DNA of 64,000 nt from Flavobacteriaceae bacterium (GCA_947373225.1 CANBWX010000002.1:4970-68969), one strand, 5' to 3'. Shown: positions 37,760 through 48,429, counted from the first letter of the stretch. The notes: generated from the sequence alone by a model not told the origin. Program-made: numbers and translations.

Positions 37760-40522
37760 ATGACAAATACTTCTTTTTTAGATAAAATAGCACAGGTTTT
37801 AATTGATGAGTATTCTGAAAAACTATCAAATACAATTGTGGTTCTGCCTAATAAACGTGCAAAAATATTCTTGATTGAAGCCCTTAAAAAAAAGGTTGAT
37901 ACTAATATTCTTTCTCCTAAAATTATTAGTGTTGAAGAATTTATTCAAGATATTTCAGGAATTCGTTCCGTTGATCCAATAGAATTGTTATTTGAATTCT
38001 ATGAAGTTTTTCTGTCGATTACCGAAAAAGCAAACCAACAATCATTCGAGCTTTTTGCCAATTGGGCGAAAACACTTTTACAGGATTTTAATGAAATTGA
38101 TCGTTATCTGTTAGATTCTGCACATGTTCTTTCCTATTTAAAGGACATTGAAGATATAAAAAAATGGGGAATAGAAGTTGAAAATAAAACGCAATTACTC
38201 GAAAATTATATCGATTTTTGGAAATTATTACCCAATTATTACCAATCACTTTACAAACATTTGCTCAATAAAGGAATCGGGTATCAAGGCTTAATTTACC
38301 GAGAAGCTGTAAATAATCTCAATCATTTTTCGGATGCTTTAAACGAGAAACAATTTGTGTTTGCAGGATTCAACGCTTTGAATGCTGCCGAAGAAAAAAT
38401 CATTCAACACCTGATAGCTGCTGATAAAGCCAAAATATATTGGGATGTAGATCAAGCTTTTCTTAATGATCCGTTTCACGATGCAGGACTGTTTGTAAGA
38501 CGATTTAAAACGAGCTGGAAGCATTATAAATCAAACCCTTTTGAATGGATTGTAGATGATTTTTCAAAATCGAAAAACATACAAGTTATTGGTACGCCAA
38601 AAACAATAGGTCAAGCCAAAATTGCCGGAAGTATTATTGAAGATATTATCAATGAAAATCCCAATGCTACATTAGACAAAGTAGCTTTAGTTCTTGGTGA
38701 GGAAAACATGTTAGTGCCGCTTTTATATTCATTGCCTTCGACAGTTGGAGCTTTAAATATCACAATGGGTTATTCGAGTAAGAACAATCCAGCGCAAATT
38801 TTGATTGCTAAATTGTTTAAAATGCACACAAATGCCTTGTCCAGAAATGCTAAGAGTTATGTGTTGTATTACAAGGATGTTCTAGATATTCTGACACATC
38901 CATTGGTAGAACCTTTTGCAAATGCTAGTGCTTTGGTTGGTATTATTAATCAAAATAATTATACGTTTATCACGCATCATAAATTGATGGAATTGAATCC
39001 AAATCCCAGTGATTTGGTTCTTTTGTTATTCCAAAAATGGGAAAATGGTTCAATGTCAGTTTTAGAAACTATTTCTAGTTTATTACTCACAATTAAAACC
39101 AATCTAAGCAATGACAATGAGGAAGAAAAAATCACCAAAGCCTTTGTTTACGCAATTTTCAAAGTCATCAATAAACTGATAAATTACTATTTGAAGCATT
39201 TGTATATTGATAAGATTGAAACGCTTTATGCTATTTATAAACAAGTAATAGATTTAGCCGAAGTTTCATTTGAAGGTGAACCTTTGAATGGTTTGCAAAT
39301 TATGGGTGTTTTAGAAAGCCGTGTTTTAGATTTTGACACCGTGATAATCACTTCGATGAATGAAGGAAAATTACCAGCGGGAAAATCACAGAATTCTTTT
39401 ATTCCGTATGATGTGAAAAAAGAATTGGGATTGCCAACTTTCAAAGAAAAAGATGCTATTTATACCTATCATTTTTACCATTTATTGCAACGTGCCAAGA
39501 ACATTTATTTGATTTATAACACCGAAAGCGAAGGTTTAGATGCAGGTGAAAAAAGTCGTTTTATTACTCAATTGGAAGTTGAAAGACAACCTAAGCACAC
39601 TTTGACTCACGAAATATACAATGCTGTTTTGCCCGAAACGGCTTATCAGCCAATGGTAATTCCAAAATCGGAATTAGTTATGTTACGATTGAAAGAAATT
39701 GCTGAAAATGGTTTTTCGCCATCGGCATTGACGAGTTATATTAGGAATCCAATTCAGTTTTATTTCCAGAAAATTTTGCGCATCAGCGAAGTCGAAGAAG
39801 TCGAAGAGAATATTGCATTAAATACTTTGGGAACCATAATTCACGAGACTTTGAAGGTTCTGTATGAACCTTATATTGGTAAAATTTTATCTGAAGCAGC
39901 TATTTTAAGCTGTTTTAAATTAATGGATGATGAGGTTTTGAAACAATTTAAACTCGTTTATAAAGAAGGAGAAATTAAAAAAGGCCGAAATCTTTTGGCT
40001 TTTGAAGTTGCCAAACGCAATGTTTCCAATTTTTTGAAAGTAGAATTAGAAAGCATAAAAAACGGTGATGCGATAAAAATCCTTGCTTTGGAACAACGTT
40101 TTGAACGTGTTTTGGAACATCCTAGTTTGCCTTTTTCTGTAAAAATAGGCGGTTCGGTAGATAGAATTGAAGAGCGTAATGGAAGCATTAGAATCATCGA
40201 TTACAAAACGGGTAAAGTTGAAAAGACAAATGTCACTTTGAAATCGTGGAAAGGCTTAACTGAAAATATCAAAAATGATAAAATAATCCAGATTTTGGCT
40301 TATGCTTTTATGTTTGAAAAAGGAGCAAATGGTAAACCAATTGAAGCCGGAATTATTTCTTTCAAAAACTTAAAATCTGGTTTTTTACCTTTCAATTTTA
40401 AAGAAGAAAAAGTGGGAAATGTCATTATTGGTGAAGAAATTTTGACTAATTATTTAGAACAAATGGTTTTGTTGTTGAATGAAATTCTTGATGTCAATAT
40501 TCCTTTTGAGGAGAAAGTTTAA
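37760..40522 (+). CDS. PD-(D/E)XK nuclease family protein, AddB-like
   Basis: VVLPNKRA, QIMGVLESR, SPSALTSY, LGTIIHETL, GSVDRIE...IDYKTG. Confidence 0.88.
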   Translation: MTNTSFLDKIAQVLIDEYSEKLSNTIVVLPNKRAKIFLIEALKKKVDTNILSPKIISVEEFIQDISGIRSVDPIELLFEFYEVFLSITEKANQQSFELFANWAKTLLQDFNEIDRYLLDSAHVLSYLKDIEDIKKWGIEVENKTQLLENYIDFWKLLPNYYQSLYKHLLNKGIGYQGLIYREAVNNLNHFSDALNEKQFVFAGFNALNAAEEKIIQHLIAADKAKIYWDVDQAFLNDPFHDAGLFVRRFKTSWKHYKSNPFEWIVDDFSKSKNIQVIGTPKTIGQAKIAGSIIEDIINENPNATLDKVALVLGEENMLVPLLYSLPSTVGALNITMGYSSKNNPAQILIAKLFKMHTNALSRNAKSYVLYYKDVLDILTHPLVEPFANASALVGIINQNNYTFITHHKLMELNPNPSDLVLLLFQKWENGSMSVLETISSLLLTIKTNLSNDNEEEKITKAFVYAIFKVINKLINYYLKHLYIDKIETLYAIYKQVIDLAEVSFEGEPLNGLQIMGVLESRVLDFDTVIITSMNEGKLPAGKSQNSFIPYDVKKELGLPTFKEKDAIYTYHFYHLLQRAKNIYLIYNTESEGLDAGEKSRFITQLEVERQPKHTLTHEIYNAVLPETAYQPMVIPKSELVMLRLKEIAENGFSPSALTSYIRNPIQFYFQKILRISEVEEVEENIALNTLGTIIHETLKVLYEPYIGKILSEAAILSCFKLMDDEVLKQFKLVYKEGEIKKGRNLLAFEVAKRNVSNFLKVELESIKNGDAIKILALEQRFERVLEHPSLPFSVKIGGSVDRIEERNGSIRIIDYKTGKVEKTNVTLKSWKGLTENIKNDKIIQILAYAFMFEKGANGKPIEAGIISFKNLKSGFLPFNFKEEKVGNVIIGEEILTNYLEQMVLLLNEILDVNIPFEEKV

Positions 40523-40533
40523 ACCGTATTATC

Positions 40534-40827
40534 ATAAAAAAATTAGCCAACATACTCGAATTTTATAAAAGCACTTTAGCAGTTAATTTTGCTGTTTCTT
40601 TGGTTGCATATTTATTTGGGAATCTTCAATCGGTCTTATTTATTTTTATAAGTTTCGGATTTATTATAAGTATAGTTTTTAAAGAAGTCTATCGAAAAAA
40701 CGACTATTTATTTTATGCAAACAATGGAATTTCAAAAATAAAATTATATTTTCTTGCTTTTTTTATCAATCTAACTTTTTCATTTTTAGTGTTTTTGCTC
40801 TATAAATTAACTAAAAATTTATTTTGA
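40534..40827 (+). CDS. Small membrane protein, possibly starting at a non-canonical ATA
   Basis: Frame of the 40600 ORF is open upstream to ATA 40534 (IKKLANILEFYKSTLAVNF...); overlaps the start of the ABC ATPase gene. Confidence 0.55.
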   Translation: MKKLANILEFYKSTLAVNFAVSLVAYLFGNLQSVLFIFISFGFIISIVFKEVYRKNDYLFYANNGISKIKLYFLAFFINLTFSFLVFLLYKLTKNLF

Positions 40828-41495
40828 AAAAACATATTCTGGAAGTAGATAGTGTCCAAAAACATTTTGGAGACAAATTAGTTATCTCTGATGCGTATTT
40901 AAAATGTGAAACCAATGATGTTATTGGTTTATTGGGGAGAAATGGCTCTGGGAAATCAACTTTATTGAAGATTATTTTTGGAATTATTTCTGCGGATAAT
41001 AAGTTTGTTAGAATTGATGGAATTGTAAAAAACAAAATGAGCCAGTTGTTAAAAGAACTCAGTTATTTGCCTCAAGAGGATTTTATTCCTAATCATTTTT
41101 CAGTCAAAAAGGCTATTTCTTTATCAATTGATAAAGGAGAAAACCTCTGTTTTTATGATGATGAAATGATTCAATCTATCTGGGATAAAAAAATTCATCA
41201 TTTATCCAGTGGTGAATTACGTTATCTTGAAATTAAATTAATACTCTTCAATCCTTCAAAATTTGTTTTATTAGATGAACCTTACAATGGTTTATCGCCT
41301 ATTATGGTTGACAAAGTAAACCAACTTATCAATGCTAATTCTTGTAAAATAGGAATTGTAATTACAGATCATAATTATGAAAATGTAATTAAAGTTTCAA
41401 ATAAATTGATGTTGATGGTAGATGGAAATCTCCATCATCTGAAAGATAAAAACGAATTGATTGAAAAAGGATATTTGTCCGAAGGAAAGATTTAA
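40824..41495 (+). CDS. ABC transporter ATP-binding protein (LptB-like subfamily)
   Basis: GRNGSGKST, LSSGE, VLLDEP, ITDH. Confidence 0.9.
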   Translation: MKKHILEVDSVQKHFGDKLVISDAYLKCETNDVIGLLGRNGSGKSTLLKIIFGIISADNKFVRIDGIVKNKMSQLLKELSYLPQEDFIPNHFSVKKAISLSIDKGENLCFYDDEMIQSIWDKKIHHLSSGELRYLEIKLILFNPSKFVLLDEPYNGLSPIMVDKVNQLINANSCKIGIVITDHNYENVIKVSNKLMLMVDGNLHHLKDKNELIEKGYLSEGKI

Positions 41496-42274
41496 ATTCC
41501 TTTAAAAAAAGCCAATAAAACCTCTTTTAATTCTTCCTTATTTTCAATCGGACTCATGTGTCCGTCGGGGAAAGTAACGAGTTTTACATTGGTATCTTCT
41601 ATTTGTTGCAAAGTTTGAGCATAGATTAAAACAGGATCTTTTTTTCCGAGAATAAGCATTTTCGGGTAGGGTGTAAGGTGCAATAAAACTTCGCGGTCTT
41701 TGCGAATTTTCATTCCTTCAAGCGAAGCAACAATTCCTTGTAATGGCGTTTTTAGCGCTTCCAATTTTACGTTTTCAATTTCTTCAGTGAATTTTTCGCG
41801 ATTATCTGGACTGAAAAGATTGGCAATAGAAAGCCGGATAAAGCCCATATAATCTTTCTTTACGGCTTTTATAGCGCGATCTCTATTCTTTTTTCGTTCC
41901 TCACCGTCGGCTTTTGAAGTCGAATTTAATAAAACCAAACCTTTTATATTGTTGGGATACAATTCGGCGAAAGCCAAAGCTATATAACCCCCCATTGAAT
42001 GCCCGACAAAAATTGCTTTCCGAATCCGTAATTGTGATAAAACGGAATGAACAGCATCGGCATTTTCTTCCATAGAATGCACATAACCAAAACATCCTGA
42101 CTCGCCATGACCTAACAAATCAATTGTTATAACTCGGTATTTTTTACTTAATTCTGGAGCCAAATCTTGCCACATTTTTTTGTTTTCGAGGAAACCGTGA
42201 AGAAAGACAATTGCGCCACCTTTTCCAGTATCTGAATAAGAGATTTTAGTGTTTTTGCAGAAAATTTGTTTCAT
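41492..42274 (-). CDS. Alpha/beta fold hydrolase
   Basis: HGF, DLLGHG, GHSMGG, GKKD, GHMS. Confidence 0.92.
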   Translation of the reverse strand: MKQIFCKNTKISYSDTGKGGAIVFLHGFLENKKMWQDLAPELSKKYRVITIDLLGHGESGCFGYVHSMEENADAVHSVLSQLRIRKAIFVGHSMGGYIALAFAELYPNNIKGLVLLNSTSKADGEERKKNRDRAIKAVKKDYMGFIRLSIANLFSPDNREKFTEEIENVKLEALKTPLQGIVASLEGMKIRKDREVLLHLTPYPKMLILGKKDPVLIYAQTLQQIEDTNVKLVTFPDGHMSPIENKEELKEVLLAFFKGI

Positions 42275-42415
42275 TAGAATAAAGTTGGAACAAAAATAAG
42301 GTTTTATCGTAGACTTTCGGATTGCAGTTTTTATTTTTTGAAGCTTACTTAACTTTCTATCTAGTTTTTCTATTTGTAAAACAGGCCTAATTTTTTGTTT
42401 TTTAATTCATTAGAT

Positions 42416-43930
42416 CTAGTCACTAAAAATGATCTTAAAAGTAGTTCCTTCTCCTACTTTGCTTTTAACTGTAACTTGACCGTTCATAGTTTCTATTTGA
42501 TTTTTTGTAATATACAATCCTATACCTTGGGCATCGTCATGTTTATGAAATGTCTTGTAGAGACCAAAAAGGGAATGACCATTTTTTTCTAAATCAATGC
42601 CCAATCCATTATCTTTTATAGTTAAAATTTTTTTGTTATTTTCAACCAGAAAATTAAATTCAATTATCGGAAATCGATTAGGATGAGCATATTTTATCGC
42701 ATTAGTGCTAAAATTTAATAAAACGCTTTCTAGATAAGCTGAATTAAAATTTATAATAGTGTCTTCTGGGACGTTATTAATGATTGTTGCTTTTTTTTCA
42801 AAACCATAAATATTAATCGCATCTATATTTTTTTTCATGTAAAGATTTAATTTCAAGGGTTCTATAAGAATATTTATATTATCTTGAATACTAACTATTT
42901 CCGATAAATGAGCTATTGTATCATTCAAATCGTTAGAAAATGTGCGTAAAAAATGTAATGTTTTTTTATTTTCTTCATAATTTTCTTCTAAATCAACGAC
43001 ATCAAGAAGTAACTTAATATTACCAGCTTGATTACTTAAGTTATGGGAAACAATATGGGAGAAATTCAGCAAGTGATTATTTTGTTCGCTATAAAGATTC
43101 ATTTTTTGTATGAGTTCTAATTCTTTTTCTTTTTGGAAAGAGATATCGGTATGAGTTCCTGTCATTCGTAATGACTTGCCATTACTATCTCGCTCTATTA
43201 CTTTTCCTCTATCTAAAATCCATTTATAGGATCCTTTTGAGGTTAATACACGATGAAAATTTTCATAAAAAGGTGTTTTATTATCAAAATGCTCATTAAT
43301 ATCAAAATAATATTTTTCTAGATCATCTGTATGTACCATTTTATCCCAACGCTCTGGATTATCAAAAACATCTTGTGATTCAAGTTCAAGTATTTTTAAA
43401 GATTGTGAGGAATAAAAAACCTGATTTGTTCTTAAATCCCAATCCCAAATCCCAGAATTGGAAGCTTCTAATGCAAATCGAAAACGTTCTTCGGAAATCA
43501 CATGGTTTAACTCATGGGTTTTTATGGTAGTTATATCAGAAATTCGTAAATAAAAAGTAAGTCTGCTATCTGGAAGCGATTCTTTTTTTGATGAAACTTT
43601 CAGCCAGCATAAGCCTTTTTTTGGTAATGAAACTCTAAATTCAAACTCTGATCTTTCTTCTTTATTTCGAATGTTTATTAATGATTGAAGAACAAAATCT
43701 CTGTCTTCCTTGAAAACTCTTTCATAAATTGCAAGTTCATTATTGCTTAAAAGATCTTCATTTGTTATTTCGAACATTTCACTAACAGATTTGTTTAATA
43801 ATTGTAATGTATAATTATTAAACGAATCTATTGTTAATATAAGTAAGGCATCCGGAATTTCACTAAATATCTTTTGATAAAAAGAATTTGTTTTTTTTTG
43901 ATTTTCACTTTTATAAAAATCTAATTTCAT
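42416..43930 (-). CDS. Cytoplasmic PAS-domain sensor histidine kinase
   Basis: Two PAS/PAC regions (GIWDWD...WILDRG), H-box VSHNL, TNAIKY, DNGLG, GIGLY. Confidence 0.92.
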   Translation of the reverse strand: MKLDFYKSENQKKTNSFYQKIFSEIPDALLILTIDSFNNYTLQLLNKSVSEMFEITNEDLLSNNELAIYERVFKEDRDFVLQSLINIRNKEERSEFEFRVSLPKKGLCWLKVSSKKESLPDSRLTFYLRISDITTIKTHELNHVISEERFRFALEASNSGIWDWDLRTNQVFYSSQSLKILELESQDVFDNPERWDKMVHTDDLEKYYFDINEHFDNKTPFYENFHRVLTSKGSYKWILDRGKVIERDSNGKSLRMTGTHTDISFQKEKELELIQKMNLYSEQNNHLLNFSHIVSHNLSNQAGNIKLLLDVVDLEENYEENKKTLHFLRTFSNDLNDTIAHLSEIVSIQDNINILIEPLKLNLYMKKNIDAINIYGFEKKATIINNVPEDTIINFNSAYLESVLLNFSTNAIKYAHPNRFPIIEFNFLVENNKKILTIKDNGLGIDLEKNGHSLFGLYKTFHKHDDAQGIGLYITKNQIETMNGQVTVKSKVGEGTTFKIIFSD

Positions 43931-43978
43931 GTTTTTTTAATAAAATTTGTTTGTTGCTTGATTACAATAACTAAATTT

Positions 43979-44344
43979 TTAATTTAAATCTACTGAAGAA
44001 AAATTCACTAGATTTAAATAGGATTTTAGTTCAATTATTACTTCTGACTTTATTTTAGATGTATCCAATAAGAGTATTTCGTCAATAGAACGCATTTTTA
44101 ACAATAGTTTTTCGTTAAATGTACAAACAATCAAAGGAATGCCTTTTTTGTATATTTTCATAAAATTAACTAATTCGTCTTCGGAATAGATTACAAATAC
44201 TATTACAGAATAATTATTTATTTCATTTTCAAAGGAGTCAAAATTTTTAAAAGAGTCAAACTTAAAACTTTTTCTAAATTCATATTTCAAGAATCTAGAA
44301 AAATAGTTTTTGCTATCGTATACAACCCGTTTTTTAGTATTCAT
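43979..44344 (-). CDS. Hypothetical protein, possibly a degenerate single receiver domain
   Basis: 121 aa with alternating beta/alpha pattern (RVVYDS, SVIVFVIY, PLIVCT) but no canonical phospho-Asp or Lys; upstream of the PAS kinase. Confidence 0.5.
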   Translation of the reverse strand: MNTKKRVVYDSKNYFSRFLKYEFRKSFKFDSFKNFDSFENEINNYSVIVFVIYSEDELVNFMKIYKKGIPLIVCTFNEKLLLKMRSIDEILLLDTSKIKSEVIIELKSYLNLVNFSSVDLN

Positions 44345-44524
44345 TTTGTTTAATTATTTATTATTCGAAAAATAAATCGTTTAATGGTATCAAATAGTCT
44401 ACAACAAAAGTATTGCGACTTAATTGTATTAATAATTTTTAATTGTGGAAATAATTGATAAGTTTTGTAGAGAGATATCCACATTTTTTTATTCATTATT
44501 AAAATAAAAATGAATTTTAGAAAT

Positions 44525-44835
44525 ATGTCGAATATAATCAATAACTTACAAGATATTCTTTTGAAGCACTTGGATAATGTTTATGTTAATTTTTTTGCGG
44601 AAATTAAAGAAAATAAGTTTATTTGTTGGATAAAAGATGCTGGTGTAGGAATGAGTGAAGAATTAATTATGATGTGAATCTTCATAAAAACCGTGAATCA
44701 GAAAGGCTTATGTTACGGAATTAGGGTGTTGGATTGCACTTAGTGCTAGAATTACTTGTGATTATTAAAGGAGAAATTACGTTTTTAAGTACTGATAATA
44801 AAGGTACTGTAATAAAAATTGATATTAATTTTTAA
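44525..44835 (+). pseudogene. Frameshifted HATPase_c remnant of a histidine kinase
   Basis: Frame 1: MSNIINN...IKDAGVGMSEELIMM* (N and G1 boxes). Other frame: GVGLHLVLELL...GEITFLSTDNKGTVIKIDINF* (G2 box). Confidence 0.8.
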
Positions 44836-44864
44836 CAATTTTTTTAAAATAATAAATTGAATTT

Positions 44865-45491
44865 ATGGCGAACAGAATTTTACTAGTTGATGATCATTTA
44901 GTTGTGAGAACAGGTGTCTCGATAATTTTGGAGGAGAACTTTAAAGATTTAACGATTTTTACTGCAAAAACTTTTCCAGAAACTATTTCTTTTGTAAAAG
45001 AAAACAACGTTGATTTAATAATACTAGATATAAATATACCAGGAGGAAAAAACAGAGAAATGATTAATGATATAAGAGCGTTTCAGCCAGATGTCAAAAT
45101 AATGATGTTTTCTGCTAATGATGATGAGGATTATGCATGCCAGTATATTATTGCAGGTGCCAATGGCTATGTGAATAAACTAAGTGAAGAAAGAGTAATT
45201 GTAGAAGCAGTTGACTCTATTTTGACAAAAGGGAGCTATTTTACCCCTGAAATTATTAACAAGATTGTTAGTGCTAGTGTAAATAAAACATCAATAAATC
45301 CTTTAGATAATCTCTCTAAAAGAGAATTTCAAATTTCTGAATTATTATTGTCTGGTGATGGGAATATTGAAATAGCAAATAAATTAAACATTCAAATGTC
45401 GACTGTAAGTACTTATAAAAGTAGAATTTTCGAAAAACTTAATGTAAAAAACCTAGTAGAATTAATTTCTGTTTTCAAAAAACTAAAGTAG
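44865..45491 (+). CDS. NarL/LuxR family response regulator
   Basis: LLVDDH, ILDINIP, GYVNK, LSKREFQI...TVSTYKSRIFEKL. Confidence 0.95.
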   Translation: MANRILLVDDHLVVRTGVSIILEENFKDLTIFTAKTFPETISFVKENNVDLIILDINIPGGKNREMINDIRAFQPDVKIMMFSANDDEDYACQYIIAGANGYVNKLSEERVIVEAVDSILTKGSYFTPEIINKIVSASVNKTSINPLDNLSKREFQISELLLSGDGNIEIANKLNIQMSTVSTYKSRIFEKLNVKNLVELISVFKKLK

Positions 45492-45639
45492 ATAATTTAC
45501 TAAAAATAGATTAGAGTAAGTGTCCTTGGCTTATTCAAATCTATTATCATATTGAAAGTAGGTAATTCTTATAATGATCTATTAAACAATAACAGACAAA
45601 ACTACCACCGAAAATTTATTTAATTGTTGTCCTCTTCTT

Positions 45640-47379
45640 TTATTTTTGCTGTTGTTCTAGTATCAAATTAAATTTAAAAGTTGAGCCTTTTCCTTCTGTA
45701 CTTTGTACGTCAATTTTACCTTCAAACAATTCAATTATTTCTTTGCATAAGTTCAAGCCTAGGCCCACGCCTAAGTCATTGACTTTTTCGGAAACAGTTC
45801 CTTGATAATAGGATTCGAAAATATTTTTTAAATCATTTTCTGCGATACCCATACCATTGTCTTGAATTTGAACTTTTAGATTAATCTTGTGTTCAGAAGC
45901 CTCTTCAGAATCGATGGTTACAGATAGTAATCCGTTATCGGTAAATTTATTTGCATTTCCTATTATGTTGTAAAAGAGTTGATGAATTTTTGTGGCATCT
46001 GAATAAACTTCACAATCAGGATTTAAATTAGATTTCAATACTATTTTATTTCCTTTATTCTCGATTAGTGGACTCATAGAAGAAATCGTCTTGTCTATTT
46101 CATTTTTTAAATTAAATTTATAAGGTTTTAATTCAATTTTTTGATGTTCGTTTTTAGAATATTCTAATATTTGATTAGTCAAAAGTAACAACGAATTTGT
46201 TGTAAATTCTATTGCGTCAAAATTTTCCTTAATCTTATTATCTGTAATCGAAGAGCTTATTTTTTTACTGTAAATTGCTATCATGCTTAATGGCGAACGG
46301 ATGTCGTGGCTTATCATACTTACAATTCTGTTTTTAAAATTCAAACTTTCACGTATTTTATTTTGAGCAATTGTTAATCTTTTTTCATATTCAAAAGCCA
46401 ATCGAGTAAAATTGAAAAGTATAATGGATATAATAAACATTAGAAGTATTAACCCAATTATAGTATAATTCCGAACAGTCTTATGAGATTTATATTGATC
46501 TTGTATTTCTTTTTGATTATTATCTTGAAGTAAATTTGCAGAACTATTGTAATTTGTTATAACATTCTCACTTAATTTTAACAATTCATTATTTAAAGTA
46601 ATAATTTTTAAGTTCTTGGTTTTTAAACTTGTAAAGGTTTTTTTTAAGTTCTTAAATTCATTTTCATAATACTTATTTGTAGTTAAAAATAAATCTTTAA
46701 TTTCATCTTCTATAGTACCAGAGGAAACCTTGTCTTTATATTTCATGGTGATAGTTATTTTTGACCGTTCTTTTTGTAAATCTGATTTTCCGGCTAATGC
46801 ATTGCCTATTCTCGAAAATAATCCTTTATGTACAACACTATCAATTTTTGTTTCTGAATCAATTTTTATACTATTTAAAATTGAATCATATCTAAATTTA
46901 TTGAATTTAAAAAGTTTTGAAGTGTTGTCTAAATTTGGTTTGATTTGTCTTTCTAGAATTGAGTTTATTGTTAAATTTAAAGCAATAACATCAGCTTGAG
47001 CCTGATTGTTTTGGGCTAATATTTTTTTAAATTTTTCATTATTTTTAGTAATTAAATCCAAACTATCAATTAAAATGCCCATTTCATTCAATTCAGATGT
47101 ATATTGAGTTAATGATGTTTTATTTCCTTGATTTACATATTCATTAAAATGTTCTTGAGAATTAATAAATGATTTATTAATTTTATTAGTAAATTGAAAT
47201 ATTTTATTTGTCGCAGAAATAGTATCAAAACTTTTTAAGGTCTTGGTCTCATTGCTTTTCTCATTGTACCAATATACAATCACCATTATTTGCAAAATAA
47301 TAACACATGCTAATAAACCAAAATGAAGAAGTCTTCTGTTTTCTGTTTTTAGTTTTTTATAATTAAATTTGGTTTCCAT
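45640..47379 (-). CDS. Membrane-bound sensor histidine kinase
   Basis: Two TM helices, SHDIRSPL, NIIGNANKF, DNGMG, GVGLGL. Confidence 0.93.
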   Translation of the reverse strand: METKFNYKKLKTENRRLLHFGLLACVIILQIMVIVYWYNEKSNETKTLKSFDTISATNKIFQFTNKINKSFINSQEHFNEYVNQGNKTSLTQYTSELNEMGILIDSLDLITKNNEKFKKILAQNNQAQADVIALNLTINSILERQIKPNLDNTSKLFKFNKFRYDSILNSIKIDSETKIDSVVHKGLFSRIGNALAGKSDLQKERSKITITMKYKDKVSSGTIEDEIKDLFLTTNKYYENEFKNLKKTFTSLKTKNLKIITLNNELLKLSENVITNYNSSANLLQDNNQKEIQDQYKSHKTVRNYTIIGLILLMFIISIILFNFTRLAFEYEKRLTIAQNKIRESLNFKNRIVSMISHDIRSPLSMIAIYSKKISSSITDNKIKENFDAIEFTTNSLLLLTNQILEYSKNEHQKIELKPYKFNLKNEIDKTISSMSPLIENKGNKIVLKSNLNPDCEVYSDATKIHQLFYNIIGNANKFTDNGLLSVTIDSEEASEHKINLKVQIQDNGMGIAENDLKNIFESYYQGTVSEKVNDLGVGLGLNLCKEIIELFEGKIDVQSTEGKGSTFKFNLILEQQQK

Positions 47380-47733
47380 AAAATGATATTGAAATAGTTA
47401 TTTTTAAAATGATATTTTAAGAATTACTGCTAATTCATTAAATAGTATTATAACGATTTATAATTAAATTCACTGTATAAATCTTAACAAGAATGTAGGC
47501 AAAATTAAGCATATACAATAGATTATATACTAATCTTCTGTAGATAATTATGTACTTATATGTAGAATAAATTCTACAAATTGTAATTTCGTTTTCAATA
47601 ATCATTTTTTTATTTTCATATATGCAAAACTGTTATTTCTATTATTAGACAGATCTAAAGTTTGATTATTTATAATCTAAAAAGGAGTGCTTCGACATAC
47701 TTTTTTTGTAATTTTAACCCACAAAAATCAGGT

Positions 47734-48429
47734 ATGCGTTTATTCTTAAAATTTTTTCTTTTATTTTCTGTCTTTATTGGCTTTGCACAAGATGTGACTC
47801 CCATTTCACCTTCCGTAAAAATAGATTCTCTCTATAGAGAAGATCAATTTTATTTTGGATTCACCTTGAATACCTTACAGCATAAACCTGCAGGCTTAAC
47901 ACAAAATACTTTTTCCCCGGGATTTTCTACAGGATTTCTTAGAGATATGCCCATTAATAAATCTAGAACAGTTGCAATAGCTCCAGGAATAGGATTCTCC
48001 TACAATAGTTTCAATCAGAATATTGCCATTACAGGATCCAATCAATCACCAATTTATGCTATTATTGGTTCACAAACAACCTACAGTAAAAATAGGTTTG
48101 AACAATTCTTGGTAGAAATACCTATTGAGTTTAGATGGCGATCATCAACTTATGAGAGTTATAAATTTTGGAGAATGTATAGTGGTTTTAAACTTGGCTA
48201 TTTGTTATATGATAGATCCGTTTATCAAGATGGTTTAGGAAAAACAATTATTACTAACAATAATAATTTTAATAAATTTCAATACGGAGCCTATATTTCT
48301 GCGGGTTATAACACAATAAATGTTTATGCTTATTATGGTTTAAATTCATTGTTTAAATCAGCAAAAATAGGCAATGAATCTCTTAAAATTAATTCTTTAA
48401 ATGTTGGAATCATGTTCTATATTTTATAA
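47734..48429 (+). CDS. Outer-membrane beta-barrel (porin family, PorT-like)
   Basis: Signal peptide from ATG 47734; YREDQFY, EIPIEFRWR, terminal MFYIL. Confidence 0.8.
   Translation: MRLFLKFFLLFSVFIGFAQDVTPISPSVKIDSLYREDQFYFGFTLNTLQHKPAGLTQNTFSPGFSTGFLRDMPINKSRTVAIAPGIGFSYNSFNQNIAITGSNQSPIYAIIGSQTTYSKNRFEQFLVEIPIEFRWRSSTYESYKFWRMYSGFKLGYLLYDRSVYQDGLGKTIITNNNNFNKFQYGAYISAGYNTINVYAYYGLNSLFKSAKIGNESLKINSLNVGIMFYIL

Noticed and set aside
47680-47705. GGAGTGCTTCGACATAC as another copy of the pyrH/leuS leader motif
   Set aside because: The match is too short and degenerate to support.
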